From assembly GCF_006345805.1 (NCBI RefSeq), contig NC_043004.1, positions 34,100,001-34,164,000 of the forward strand: a DNA stretch of 64,000 nucleotides. The letters are read 5' to 3'. Below the pieces are notes generated by a model that was not told where the DNA came from, searched no databases, and saw nothing but the letters and a program-made list of their open reading frames with translations. The stretch's first letter is position 1. Every line of letters begins with the position of its first letter. Below, piece by piece: positions 51,918 through 64,000 of this stretch. Source of the DNA: Octopus sinensis (lineage: Eukaryota). The position numbers were made by a program, and so were the translations under genes.

Positions 51918-52345
51918 GGGCAGGCTTGGGTGTGTTGTAAGAAGTTTGCTTCTCAAATACATGCTTCTTGGTTCAGTCCCATTACATGGCACCTTAGCCA
52001 AGTGTCTTCTACTATAGCTCCAGGCTGACCAAAGCCTTGAGGACTTGTGAGTGGATCTGATGGAAACTGAAAGAAGCTCATCGTATATATATATATATAT
52101 ATATATATACATACAAGGTGGGGAGGGCTGTCTCTGCATTTGTGTGTTCGTACCTAACCACTGATTGGCAACTGGTTTTGGATTGCTTATGTTCCTGTAA
52201 CTTAGTAGTTTGGCAAAAGATACTAATAGAATAAGTACCAGGCTCAAAAAGAAAAAGTGCTCGGTTTCACTCTTTCGACTAAAATTCTTCAAGGCAGCAC
52301 CTCAGCATGGCTGCTGTCTAATGAGTGAAACAAGTAAAAGATAAA
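51918..52345 (+). mobile_element. Old SINE family B copy (partial copies near 41465-41600, 43305-43460, 55045-55210 and 58268-58420)
   Basis: Degenerate family match. Confidence 0.75.
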
Positions 52346-52428
52346 CGGTGCAAAATATATACAGACACATATGCATACGTATATATATAGACATACTTTA
52401 TTTAAAAGCAGCAGAAATATGACAAAAG

Positions 52429-52466
52429 CTGTTACTCAGAGTTTCACGTTCCCATTCGTTGGACAG
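52429..52466 (-). ncRNA. Hammerhead relic with mutated core
   Basis: rc ctgt-CCAACGA-atg ggaa cgt-GAAA-CTCTGAG-TA-acag. All three stems pair, but U4 and G5 are changed. Confidence 0.4.
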
Positions 52467-53658
52467 TTTTGTTAAAATAGAACAGAAATAACAATTTGAT
52501 CAAAACTAGTTAAAGGATACGCCTTTAAAAAATGGATTTGTTTAATTGGTCCTTTCAAATAACGGTCTTAAACAAAATAAATAAAATAAATGAATTCAAT
52601 ATAAATTATAAATTCTGAAAAAAATCGTGGAAATATGCATACACACATGCATACGTAGGTTCTTTTCTATTTTTCTAATAAAGCAGGACCTGGTTTCTAA
52701 TAAAGGTGCAAAGCTCCATCATTAAAATGTAGACAACTGAAAACAATATCACATTCCGGACTTGAGAAAAGTTTTGCGTATTTTTTTACTGTTTTGCTTT
52801 CAGATTTTATTTGTAATGTGTGTTAGCTAGTTGATTTCTTTTCCTGAAAACCCTAGGTTTTCCAGATAGTCACCAATGCATTTATGTATGTATATATGTG
52901 CTACAGTCACCTATCCTGCCCACTCACCCAGCCCGAACCTTTGTATCACCTCATTTATTCGCCCCCCCTTTCCCAATGTCCCTCATAGACATCTCCTGAC
53001 ACATCTTCACTGCCACCTCTCATTATTGCTCTCTTTATCTTACTCTTGAACTTACTCTCCTTCCTCTTACAAATTGTGTAGCCATGCATCAACTCCACAG
53101 AAAGATACCCATAATTGTTCCTCAATACTTCGATCTCTCATCTGGCATCCTCTCCCAGTCAAGGAGATTTTTCTTGCAACTTGCTTGGTGACCCTGTCAG
53201 TAGTGGGGTCACATAGAAAAGTACTGGTAATGGTGCCACATAAAAAGGCACTGGTATTGCTACCACATAAAAAGGAACCAAGTACACTCTATAAAGTTGT
53301 TTACATTAGGAAGGGCAGCCAGCTATAGAAACCATGCCAAAACTGACAATCAAGCCTGATGTGATTCTTGGTCTTACCAGTCCCTGTCAAACCATCCAAC
53401 TCATGCCACCATGGAAAATGGATGTTAAATGATGATAATGATGATGATAATGCTGATGATATGCTCTTCTATTTTTAATTATTTGAAGTTTTCCTGTGAA
53501 TAAGGAACTGGTTTCTTACAAAATTGCCAAATTCCATCATAGGAATGTAAACAAGTAAAGCAAATTCCCATTTTGAAACTGAGAAGAGTTTCGCATATTT
53601 TTACTGTTCTGCTTACAAATTTTATTTGTAATGTGTGTGTATGTGTGTTTGTGCATGT

Positions 53659-53694
<36 letters not shown>

Positions 53695-54576
53695 GCAAGT
53701 TGATTTTTTTTCTGTATGTATATAATGTGGGTGTATGTATATGTGTATGCACACACATGCAAGCGTAAGAACATAGAAACCTGCCATCCACAATTACTAT
53801 CCAAAGGGCAGCTCCTTATTCAAGCAACTTTCACTTATTTATGGGTTTCAATAGAAAGTACTAAATTAAACATCTTCAAGAATCTCTAATATTTCTTGCA
53901 TATGTCCACTTAAGAGGACAATGCCAAAGAAAAACCCATAAATTTTCAGAGACTCAAGAATATATCACATAAATATATCATTGGTTCTTGCCATTTCTTT
54001 CTTTTTTTGTGTGTATGTTTTTTCTATTTCATATGTTGATGTTATTTTATGTCTTTGTTGCCATTGTTTTTGTTATTTTTTACGGTATGAATTTTTCTTT
54101 TTCTTTGTTTTGTTTTAGGTAAATTCTCAGAATGGCTTTCCCCACCGCTAACATCCTGTTCTTGTATCATTTCCTAGATGGCAACACTAGTTTCCAGCAT
54201 ACACTGAATTACAGTTTTAGCATATTTATTTAATTCTTTATATATAAATTTCTTTTTTTTTTTTTTTTTTTTGCTATTCTTTACTCAATATAAGTTGGTG
54301 CCATAAGTCTTCAAGTGCTTATTGATTTCCAGTAGTGCTTTTTCGCAGTCTGACTTATGTACTTTCAGCCATTTTTTTTTTCACTTTGGTCTCATTGTTG
54401 GAATTTTCATTCCAGTAGGTGGGTTGAGTTTATATATATATATTTTTTCTTTAGTTCTCTTTTTAATTCTTTGAATTCATTACTACACTTACCTACATCT
54501 GTGTGTTCAGTGGGACATTTACATGCATACAAATTTACATACATATATGTGTGTGTGTGTGTGACTGTATATGTAT

Positions 54577-54607
<31 letters not shown>

Positions 54608-54640
54608 CACACACATATACATGCATATATATATACATAT

Positions 54641-54689
<49 letters not shown>

Positions 54690-55260
54690 CATGTATGTGT
54701 GAGTTTGTGTGTATATTTCATATCCTAGCTAAAAAAATCTGCTCTGTTTATTTGTAGTGAATTTGTAATTATTTTTACTATTAGTGTCTTTGAAAATAGT
54801 TTTAACATTGTTGCATTTTGTTTATTGACACATATATCTTAAGGTAATATCGAAACAGCCACTTTCTCTTTTTCTGTATGACTGCCCTTGCTAGTTGTTT
54901 CTGGGTATAAAATTGATTGTCTTTGCATTCCGTAGAATCTCAGACATTGTATCACAAACATACATCGTGTTAGACATAGCTGTGGTCAAGTGGAAAACAG
55001 AGGAGAACTAAAGAATAAAGACAGATGCATAAAGGATTAGGATGAGGTGTAGGTGTGACCGTGTGGTAAGAAGTTTGCATTCCACCCACATGGTTCCAGT
55101 TTCAGTCCCTTGGTGAGGCACCTTGGGTAAGTGTCTTCTACTGTAACCTTCAGCTAACCAAAGACTTGTAAATGGATTTGAGAGATGGAAACTGAAGGAA
55201 GCCCATCATATTCATATAGGTCTCTATCTTCAGGTGACTATGGTATTAAAGACTATGGTA

Positions 55261-55410
55261 TTCCGCCGAGGTCGACTTTGCCTTTCATCCTTTCGGGGTC
55301 GATAAATTAAGTACCAGTTACGCACTGGGGTCGATGTAATCGACTTAATCCCTCTGTCTGTCGTTGTTTGTCCTCTCCGTGTTTAGCCCCTTGTGGGTAG
55401 TAAAGAAATA
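55261..55410 (+). mobile_element. 5'-truncated SINE family A
   Basis: ggtattaaagact at 55242 and 55411. Confidence 0.85.
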
Positions 55411-55846
55411 GGTATTAAAGACTGAATTTCAGCAGGTTTTCATGTTGGCCCTAAAACTTTAAAAGTTTTTGGACACAGCAGCCCCTAACTCCAATCTATC
55501 ATTATCCTCTTCCTCATCATCATCATCCTCAATTAACTTTAGTTTTCCATGCTGGCATGGATGAGATGGTTTTACATCTCATCCATGCTATCTGCTTTGG
55601 CATGGTTTCTATACAGCTGGATGTCCTTCCTAATGCCAACCCCTTTATAGAATGCATTGGATGCTCTTTATGAGGCACCAACAGCAGTTGAGTCACCATG
55701 TAACTTGCAAGACAAGACCCATCACCTGGGGAAAAAGGAATGAGAAAGAAAAAAGATGTCTTACCTTAGACACCTTCCTGTCTCCAATCAAATTATAAAG
55801 TCACAGCCTCTTCAGAATTATCCACTAAATCCCCACCCACACTTAC

Positions 55847-55918
55847 TTGGATATTTTCCATAAAATCCTATTTCAGCAAAGTCAGAATGATTGTTATATT
55901 CTTTAATTATTCCAAATT
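55847..55918 (-). CDS. Internal coding exon A (72 nt, phase 1-1) of a putative SEA-like plus Cys-rich protein gene: (x)FGIIKEYNNHSDFAEIGFYGKYP(S)
   Basis: Minus strand: long poly-T acceptor ...ttttggag|AA, donor CAA|GTAAGT, open frame. The phase joins exon B (A|GT = Ser). Confidence 0.65.
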
Positions 55919-56144
55919 CTCCAAAAAAAAAAAAAAGAGACTTTTTAACTTTGTTAGGTTTCTCCAACATTTTTTTGCAGAATTTAAATCTCAAAAAAAA
56001 CAACGACATAAAAAGCAATGTAACAAATCCACCTGCCCCCCCCCCCCACCACCACAACAAATTTGCTTCAAAATGATTCCTTAGACTGGAATGAGTTAAG
56101 AATATCACAAAATCAAATTAGAAAGGCTAGTTTAGCCAAACAGT

Positions 56145-56236
56145 GGATAATAATAATAATAATAATAATAATAGTAATAGTAATAATAATAATAATGATA
56201 ATAATAATAATAATAACAACAATAACAACAATAATG

Positions 56237-56291
<55 letters not shown>

Positions 56292-56355
56292 TAACAATAA
56301 TAATAATAATAATAATGATAATAATAATAATAATAATAATAATAGTAATAATAAT

Positions 56356-56392
<37 letters not shown>

Positions 56393-56408
56393 TAATAATA
56401 ATAATAGA
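56145..56408. repeat. (AAT)n microsatellite
   Basis: Direct inspection. Confidence 0.95.
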
Positions 56409-57457
56409 AATAACGAAATAAATTTGAAATTAAGAACAACCCAACTCCAGAAAAGTGAAAAAAAATTCTGGCTAACTTTGCAAAAATAATCAGGAAAACT
56501 AAAAGCAGGAGTTAAAATGCTTCTTGAGCTGACAGATTTGTAATTTACTTAAGAACAATGCCACAGATTTTGGGTTGTTTTTTGTATTTCTATATTTTAC
56601 TTGGCATTCTTTGAAATTGAAATTGATTTCAAATAAATTTCAAGGACTAAATGGAATTTAAAATTTAATTACTTCTTCACATTGGTCTCATTAGAGGAGT
56701 CTGAGCATCATGATATTAAGAAAGTGTGACTGCATGTATTAGCATTTATACAACAATGCCCATATATATATAATATATATATATATACATATGTATACAT
56801 ACATGTGTATACATATATGTATGCATATTATATGTGAATGTATGTATAAATGCACATATACACACATGAATAAAAATGCATAAATGCATCCATGTATGTA
56901 TATATGCATGTGTGTGTATGTGTATGCATGTGTGTATGTGTGTGTGTGAGTGTGTGTGTGTGTGTGTAGATGCATCAAGTCTTCACACATCTCCCCCGCA
57001 TCATTTTTTTATATATGCAGAATTTTGTTTTTGCAACTTTGGAGTGGATGCGACATCTTGATGCAGAATCTTGCAGTCAGATGCCATTCTTGTTGGCAAA
57101 GTTACTTTAATTTGCACGTTTGCATGTGCAACTGCAAATCAGTTGGACATTTTGTTATGCCTGACATAAACATCATCAAAATCATCATCATCATCATCAT
57201 CATTATCATCTCTGTCCAGGTCGTATCATTGTGATGATTGCAGAAACACGTTCACCTGTTGACATTCTCAACCACACAGCTATTCCTCAAAAACTTCAGA
57301 CTTTAAATGATTTTTGAAATTAGCAAAAATGAAAAAAGAGTTCAATAAACAACAGTTTTCTCATGGACATTGATCAGATTTTTTGCTCTCTGATTTTACC
57401 TGTATTTTTCTATCTGACATGTGTGTGTGTGTATTTATATATATATATATATATATA

Positions 57458-57489
<32 letters not shown>

Positions 57490-60394
57490 ATATATGTGTA
57501 TATATATATATATATATATAATATATATATATATATATGTATGTATATATATATATGTATATATATATGTATATATATTTGTATATATCTATCTATACAT
57601 GTATATATTTATTATGTATGTATGTGTGTGCACATAATTAGAGCATTCTTTCAGGAAGCAACGAAATGGTAATACATTCAAAAGTACAAAGAAAAGCATA
57701 ATTAGTTTTTAAATTAATCAGATTCTACATCATTCTATTCTACATTCCAACATTCCTGCTTAAAATTACTCAACTAACAAATACTAATGTCTTGAGGAAA
57801 TGAATGAAAGCTACAACTTCCGATTTCACTTCTTTAACATGTCAGACTTTCTTTCCTGGTCAAAAGAAATTGATATTGATTTGATTCCTTCCTCGGATTA
57901 TTATAAGTTGGTCAGGTTAATGAAGCACATGCTGAAATGAAAGCCAATATATTAGGTTTGTTTTATTGACCCCAGACTGATGCAAATTCAGAACATAAAA
58001 GAAACAAAACGAACATGGCAACTGTAACGAAAAGTAACAAGATGAAGAAGAAGAATATTATTATTATTATTATTATTTTGGCTTCGTTAAGGAAAGAATA
58101 GCAGTTTCAATTCCCAAGTGAAACTAATTCACATAAGCCATTAATGCCTCTTAGTGGTAGATGTAAATATTGAGCTTTTGAGTTTAATTTGGTATTTGTG
58201 CCGTGTAAAAGAGAAATCAGAATTAAAATATGATATAAGCATATGAATTCTGTTAAGCATTATAAAGGTGCAGGTGTGGCTGTGTGGTTAAGGAGTTTGC
58301 TTCCCAACCGCATGGTATAGGGTTCAGTCCCATTGCATGGCACCTTGGGCAAGTGTCTTCTACAGCTGTATGTTGACCAAGGTTTTGTGAGTTGATTTTG
58401 TATGGTAACTGAAGCTCATGGGTGTGTGTGTGTGTTTCTCCTTGACTTGATATCCCAAGATAGTGGTAAATAAATGTCACACATTTCTAATATTCTATGA
58501 AAACATGTCCAACCATAGGGAAATATTACCATACTTGGAAACGAGTGAGGTTTAGCCACAGGGAGGGCATCTGGCTGTAGAAAATCACAAGACACTGCCT
58601 CGACAAATTCCATCTGACCCATGCAAGCCTGGAAAAGTAGATCTCAAATGATGATGATGATAATGATGATGATGAAAAGAATGTGTGCTTAACTAAATGA
58701 AATGGCTTACTTCATTCAGTTGCATCCCTTTATATTTTGGTTTTATGTGTGCGAGCATATTTCATTTCATGTGTCTGAGGAGAGGAAAAATGTTTGTGCC
58801 AGTCATGTTTAGTTAATGAACTGTAGTGTCTCTCTGTCTCCCTATTTCTCTCTACCTTTCTCTTTCTCTCCCATTCTTCCTCTCTCCCCCTTTCTCTCTG
58901 TATGTATATATATTTGTGGGTGTTTGCCACCAGTGCCAAAAAGTACTGTTACCAAAACAGGTTGATTTTCCAGTGAACCATGCCAGATCATCCCATTCCA
59001 ATGGCTACATATTTGATGCAGATATATGTATACAGATGAGTGCACGTTCGTGTTGCATTCTCTGTTAGTGTTCACTGGTTGTTGAGTAGAGTTGTTCTCC
59101 CTTTATGTGTCTATAATGTAATTAAGCAATATGAGGAGAAATCAATAAAGAAAGGTGTCAAACTCATGGAAGTAAATCCATCAAACATAAATGATTCCAC
59201 CCTTTAAACAGTTCCAGTCTGCCAATGAGTGAAACTAGTAAAAGGATTAAAGAATTAAATTATATCGTCCTGTGATCCATCTTATAATGTTTATCTTTGA
59301 CTCAAAGAAATGCATTGAACAATGTAATCTATTACTTGGTTGTTTTAGATTTTATTAAATCTGCAACCCCTCGGCCACAAATTTAGGGCCCTGTCCCAAT
59401 GCATACCTTAAAATATAATGTATTATACTGAGTGAAAAGCATAACAGTTTGGTACACTAGTTGTGTCTAATAGTGAAACTTTCCTCTTGATGTTGATATT
59501 ACAATCTCATCTTTCTTTTAGAAATTGTCACCAGTATTACAAATATATTCTGGTTCAATAATTCTAACAAATGACACCATATTGTAGTTGTTGATTAAAA
59601 CACTTGACCCTGCCCTCCAATAGTTCAGCTCTCTCTCACCGTATAACATTACAAAGTGACTTTTCAATAAAGTCGATCAACTGAGATCATTTACCTCTCA
59701 CCCAGTAACCGCTACAAGTTATTGCTTGTTTCCATTTGTTCATAAAGTTTATTTCTTAATTAAACTGATAACTCTTTGATTTAATTAACTGATTTTTTAA
59801 AAAGAATTTCTAATTTCTAGTTGTTCAACATTTTTATCCTAACCTACTTTTTTTGTCATTAATTTTCCATTTTTCTAAATATTGAAAATATGCAGGTATA
59901 ATTTATCCTAAGAGTTTTATCTTTATAAAGCTAGATTCTCTATAAAATAAACAAACGTTTGTGATGTAATATACAAGTATTATTTTTATACTCATGTTGC
60001 TTGGCTAAGTGGTTAGGCATTTAAGCTCTCACTGAGAATGTCATGGGTTCTATTCACATTGTGTCACTAGCCAAGGCACTCCACAATGCTCCAGTCCACT
60101 CAGCTGGCATAAATGAGGATTGAAGCTGATTGAAGGTTCAAGTAAGCATAATTGTATTAACAAATCAGTGATGCAACCAAAAGGCTTTAGATATGAAGAG
60201 CAGCAGGTCTATTTTGGACAACTCTATCCCAATTTTACCGTTTCCTATTATTCAGAAGTTAGTACAAAAACACCAGTAAATAATTATTAAAAGCTTAATG
60301 TTTGTCTGATGAATAGATTAAAGTACTTAAGTCTGATCATTGCTTCTCCCATTAAACTTCCTAGTCTTTCTCTGTCACTTAATCTTCTCTTTCT

Positions 60395-60541
60395 GTCTTT
60401 CTTCCTTCCTTCCTTTTTTCCTTTCTTTCCTTCCTTCCTTCCTTCTTTCCTTCCTTCCTTCCTTCCTTTCTTTCTTTCTTTCTTTTCAGGCACACACATA
60501 CACACACACACACATGCACACACACACACACGCACACACAT

Positions 60542-60583
<42 letters not shown>

Positions 60584-60600
60584 CACACACACACACACAG
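60395..60600. repeat. (TTCC)n followed by (CA)n
   Basis: Direct inspection. Confidence 0.95.
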
Positions 60601-62105
60601 TTTCTGTCTACCAGATCCACTCAACAGGCTTTGGTCGACCCGAATCACTTGCCCAACGTTCTCATGTAAACACAGTTGAACATTCTATCACTAGAAATTT
60701 CTGAAACACTATTCAATGAGAACCCAACAACTTTCTCTCTTGAAGAACCATGAAGACAAACCCATTCCCCCCCAAACAACAATAACCACAATGGTAGATC
60801 TCTTCTTTTTACTGTTAAAACCCTGAAACTCATGCCAAATGCTAGGAGTACAATTGCTGGTGATCTCTTGTGGTAATCAGCCATAAGGACATCACTGGAA
60901 CTGAATTTCAGAGACTAACCATTTCAATGTCAAAAAATACTTCATTTCTGATCAGGTGTCGATCTCTACACAGAACAAATTGTAAACAATATTGTAGTTT
61001 ATTTGTAATTTTGGGCAAATATTGTTTCTAAGGTATATGTGTGTATGTGTGTGCTTGTGTTTGTGTGTAATATGTACAGCCACAGATCAGTAGCCACTAC
61101 ATACATTTTTTTTCTCTACTTTTTTCTCTACTTGTTTCTCTCCTTGTTTTTTTCTGTGTCCCTTTCTGTAGAAGAACGTAGGCTCTAAACGTAAAATACT
61201 TTTTCAATTCCTGAGCGTTATACTAATACATCTGTTTGTTTTATACACCACCTGTCTTCATCTTTTGTTTTTTTGGGAACTCTCCCCCTGTGTATATATA
61301 TATATATACACACACACAAATGTATATTTGTATATATACACAGATGTATAAGTATATATGTCTACTAATATGAGAGACCACTCTGTAATACAGCATCACT
61401 TAGCTTATGATATTTCCTCAAATCTGAAGCTAGCTGCATATCAAATTAACAGATCAGTTAGAAATTCTCCATCAACTTTTCTTCATCCTGCTTAGTTATT
61501 CCACCTTCTTCATGATCTACAGAACACTAAATTTGCCGGAAAATTATATGTTCTTATGATGACCACCATTGGCAACAAGGCAAAAATATAAATATATATT
61601 TTCCTTACCATGCTACACAGAAACGGTCATAAACTTACTCGTACTTTCACCTTTCTTAACTAATTAAATAAATAATTAAATAACTAATTAAATAATAGCT
61701 TTCTAGCACAAAAGACACACTTCTTATTGTCATTTTTGCTCCATTTTCTTCTCGTCTATATAAATTAAACTACAGTTTACCTGCTTTATTACCTGCTGCT
61801 GTATACCTTTTACCAAGGACTATACCTACTGAGGTAATCTCCAGGAATGCCTTTCGATATAAATATCCCTTAGAGGCTTTAAACACCTCTAACTTATACC
61901 TGCAGTATATAAGTGATGGGAAGACAATTTAGTTAAGGGATTTGGGTCAGAATGGGAAAAACTGGTGCAATCGAGACAAAATTAGAAGTACATTGTGATC
62001 AGTGGTGTACAATACCAGCTGATGGTCTGACCAATACTGTGAGATATATATATATATATATACACACCATAGATATATAACATAGATACACACACACACA
62101 CACAC

Positions 62106-62163
<58 letters not shown>

Positions 62164-62165
<2 letters not shown>

Positions 62166-62459
62166 TAGCAGTATCGCCCGGCGTTGCTTGGGTTTGTAAG
62201 GGAAATAACTATATAAGCATTTTTAGATAGTTATAGCCAAAAATAGCAAAAAATGCATTAAAAATGGAAAAAAAATGATGGTAAATTTTTTTTTAAATCG
62301 TAGACTCATCGTAGACATGCGCTAATACCCAGAACGGCTTGATACGAATCCCGACTATAAGATACCCGGTTTTGGTTAAACTGCACCGCAAAATGTGGGA
62401 GTAGTTAGGAATCTAAATCATAGGGGACAGACACACAACTTGACTTCTATATATAAAGA
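62164..62459 (-). mobile_element. Non-autonomous Helitron
   Basis: Minus strand: A|TCTTTATATATAG at the 5' end, GC-rich hairpin ccaagcaacgccggg, then CTAG|T at the 3' end. Confidence 0.72.
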
Positions 62460-62629
62460 TATAGTGGCACATAAAAGCACCCATTACACTCTCAGAGTGG
62501 TTGGCATTAGGAAGGGCATCCAGCCGCAGAAAACCATGCCAAATCAGACTGTTGTCTGGTGCAACCTTCCAGTTTACCACCCTTGGCCAAACTGTTTAAC
62601 TCATGCCAGCATGGACAATGGACATTAAA

Positions 62630-62660
<31 letters not shown>

Positions 62661-63304
62661 TATATGTATCCATTCCCTGTAAGTAAATCTATTTGACTGA
62701 AACTTGTTTTCGTATGAATCCAAGGTAATAGTAAACCCATGTGATCAGCAACTGGACTCTTATAATTTGGTGTCACCTTATACTTTTGTCAAGCTTTGTA
62801 TAACTAAAGCACATGCCATCGTCAGGTGTAGAAATCTTATTAACATTCAATTTCCTACTGAATGTGGTGCTGCACTGACAAAAATTGACTGCAGTAAACT
62901 ACGATGCATTTCATTGCATGTGGCATTTTGTGTGTGTGTGTAAATATACATATTTATACACGTTTACACACTGTTGAAATTTGCCACATACATACAATAA
63001 TAGGAAGGTGAACTTTGCAGCAGTTAATTTGCAGTGAAGACGGCCTAATAAATGAAATAAACGAACAATATTATAGAGCTGATTCAATCTACTATAGCAC
63101 ATCACATTACAGAAAAAGGAGCTTTTTCATAGCTAAGCTATCATATCCACTTATATATTTGTCTAAATATTTTATTCATAGAAAGTTCAATATATAACTA
63201 TCAACATACACATCTATATCTGCTTGCTTGCTCCATTTGTAGTTAATGCACTTGAGAAAAGCATGAAATACTTTCAGTGTCTGTAATAAATCAATATTTA
63301 TGTA

Positions 63305-63340
63305 TACTAGCAGATAACCCATCTTCGAGACTGGTTATGG
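63305..63340 (-). mobile_element. Possible Helitron 3' terminus fragment
   Basis: tactagcagataaccc resembles tactagcagtatcgccc at 62162. Confidence 0.3.
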
Positions 63341-63559
63341 TAGCTTAAAACCATAAATGGACAGATTTGCAGTAATAGCAATGAAAGAATCTAAGCATTA
63401 CTCTGTGGTTAAGAAGTCCTGCTTCACAATTTCACCGTTCTGAGTTCAATTCCACTCACCGGAATCTTGGGACAGTCTTTACTACCATAGAGCACAAAGT
63501 AATGAATAACTTGTGCATGGAATTCGTGTATTTGTATCATAGTTTTACTTCTACCGTTG

Positions 63560-64000
63560 AATCAGCCAACCCATGAATGCAGGGTGAGACAGTTGCAGGG
63601 TGACATGAGCAGCATCAAAAAAGGCTTGTCTTTGAGTCGGTTGACGACCAGTCTGGAACAGGCTGCCTTCATGTCTCTTATACTTCAGTCATAATCTCAA
63701 CTCATCCACAACAAACTTATGGTCAGTGCCCATGAAGCTAGCACTCCATAAAACTCTGCAGTTCTGTTGGACTTTTCAGCAGCCATCTACAAACACACGG
63801 TCAATATTCTTTGCCCCACCAGCAGTACGGGAATAACAAGTCCAGCGATGCAGCTCAGAACATTGGTTCCAAGGGCCAGTAATGTAAAGTTCATGGCTTT
63901 TGGCAAAATCCAGGTGTACCACATCACTTCTGTGCCTAGTACTGGGCCCAAAAGGAATGACAATGCAGCAATATCCCATTCTCTCAGTTCATGTAGATAT
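63560..64000 (-). pseudogene. Possible LINE relic (APE endonuclease-like)
   Basis: WTCYSRTAGGAKNIDRVFV...GTDHKFV resembles the WTW...SRLDR..SDH motifs. Confidence 0.35.

Noticed and set aside
61160-61200. Hammerhead-like CTGTAGA...TAAACGTA
   Set aside because: Both conserved core segments are altered and stem II has a mismatch.
56000-64000. Several strong minus-strand donors as candidate upstream exons
   Set aside because: None gives a convincing open, phase-1-ending exon. The upstream exon may lie outside the window.

Overview
This is strongly AT-rich, microsatellite-saturated eukaryotic DNA. The repeat content resembles a coleoid cephalopod, most likely Octopus (inference from the SINE and tail families, not a database match). 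Almost all supplied ORFs are microsatellite or transposon artefacts. Three main layers are visible. (1) A probable minus-strand gene missed by the ORF track. Five short exons (55918-55847, 39246-39204, 36945-36883, 21393-21339, 12024-11922) have canonical AG/GT sites and compatible phases across 2-17 kb introns. They splice into a stop-free 112-codon peptide resembling a SEA domain followed by a VWC/pacifastin-like Cys module. (2) A dense Penelope-like element (PLE) landscape. It includes a young PLE (RT plus GIY-YIG) folded into a ~1 kb-arm inverted repeat at 17.5-20.5 kb, several older PLE relics, several smaller fold-back elements, and at least seven minimal type-I hammerhead-like motifs. 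One motif is fully canonical (26163-26216) and one has a compensated U3-A8 core in the young PLE tail. (3) Many tRNA-derived SINEs, (GAT)n-tailed retroposon ends, LINE relics, mariner and maT relics, piggyBac-like MITEs, a Helitron, a 925-bp tandem duplication and a 23-bp minisatellite. All alignments and folds were done by eye and need computational confirmation.
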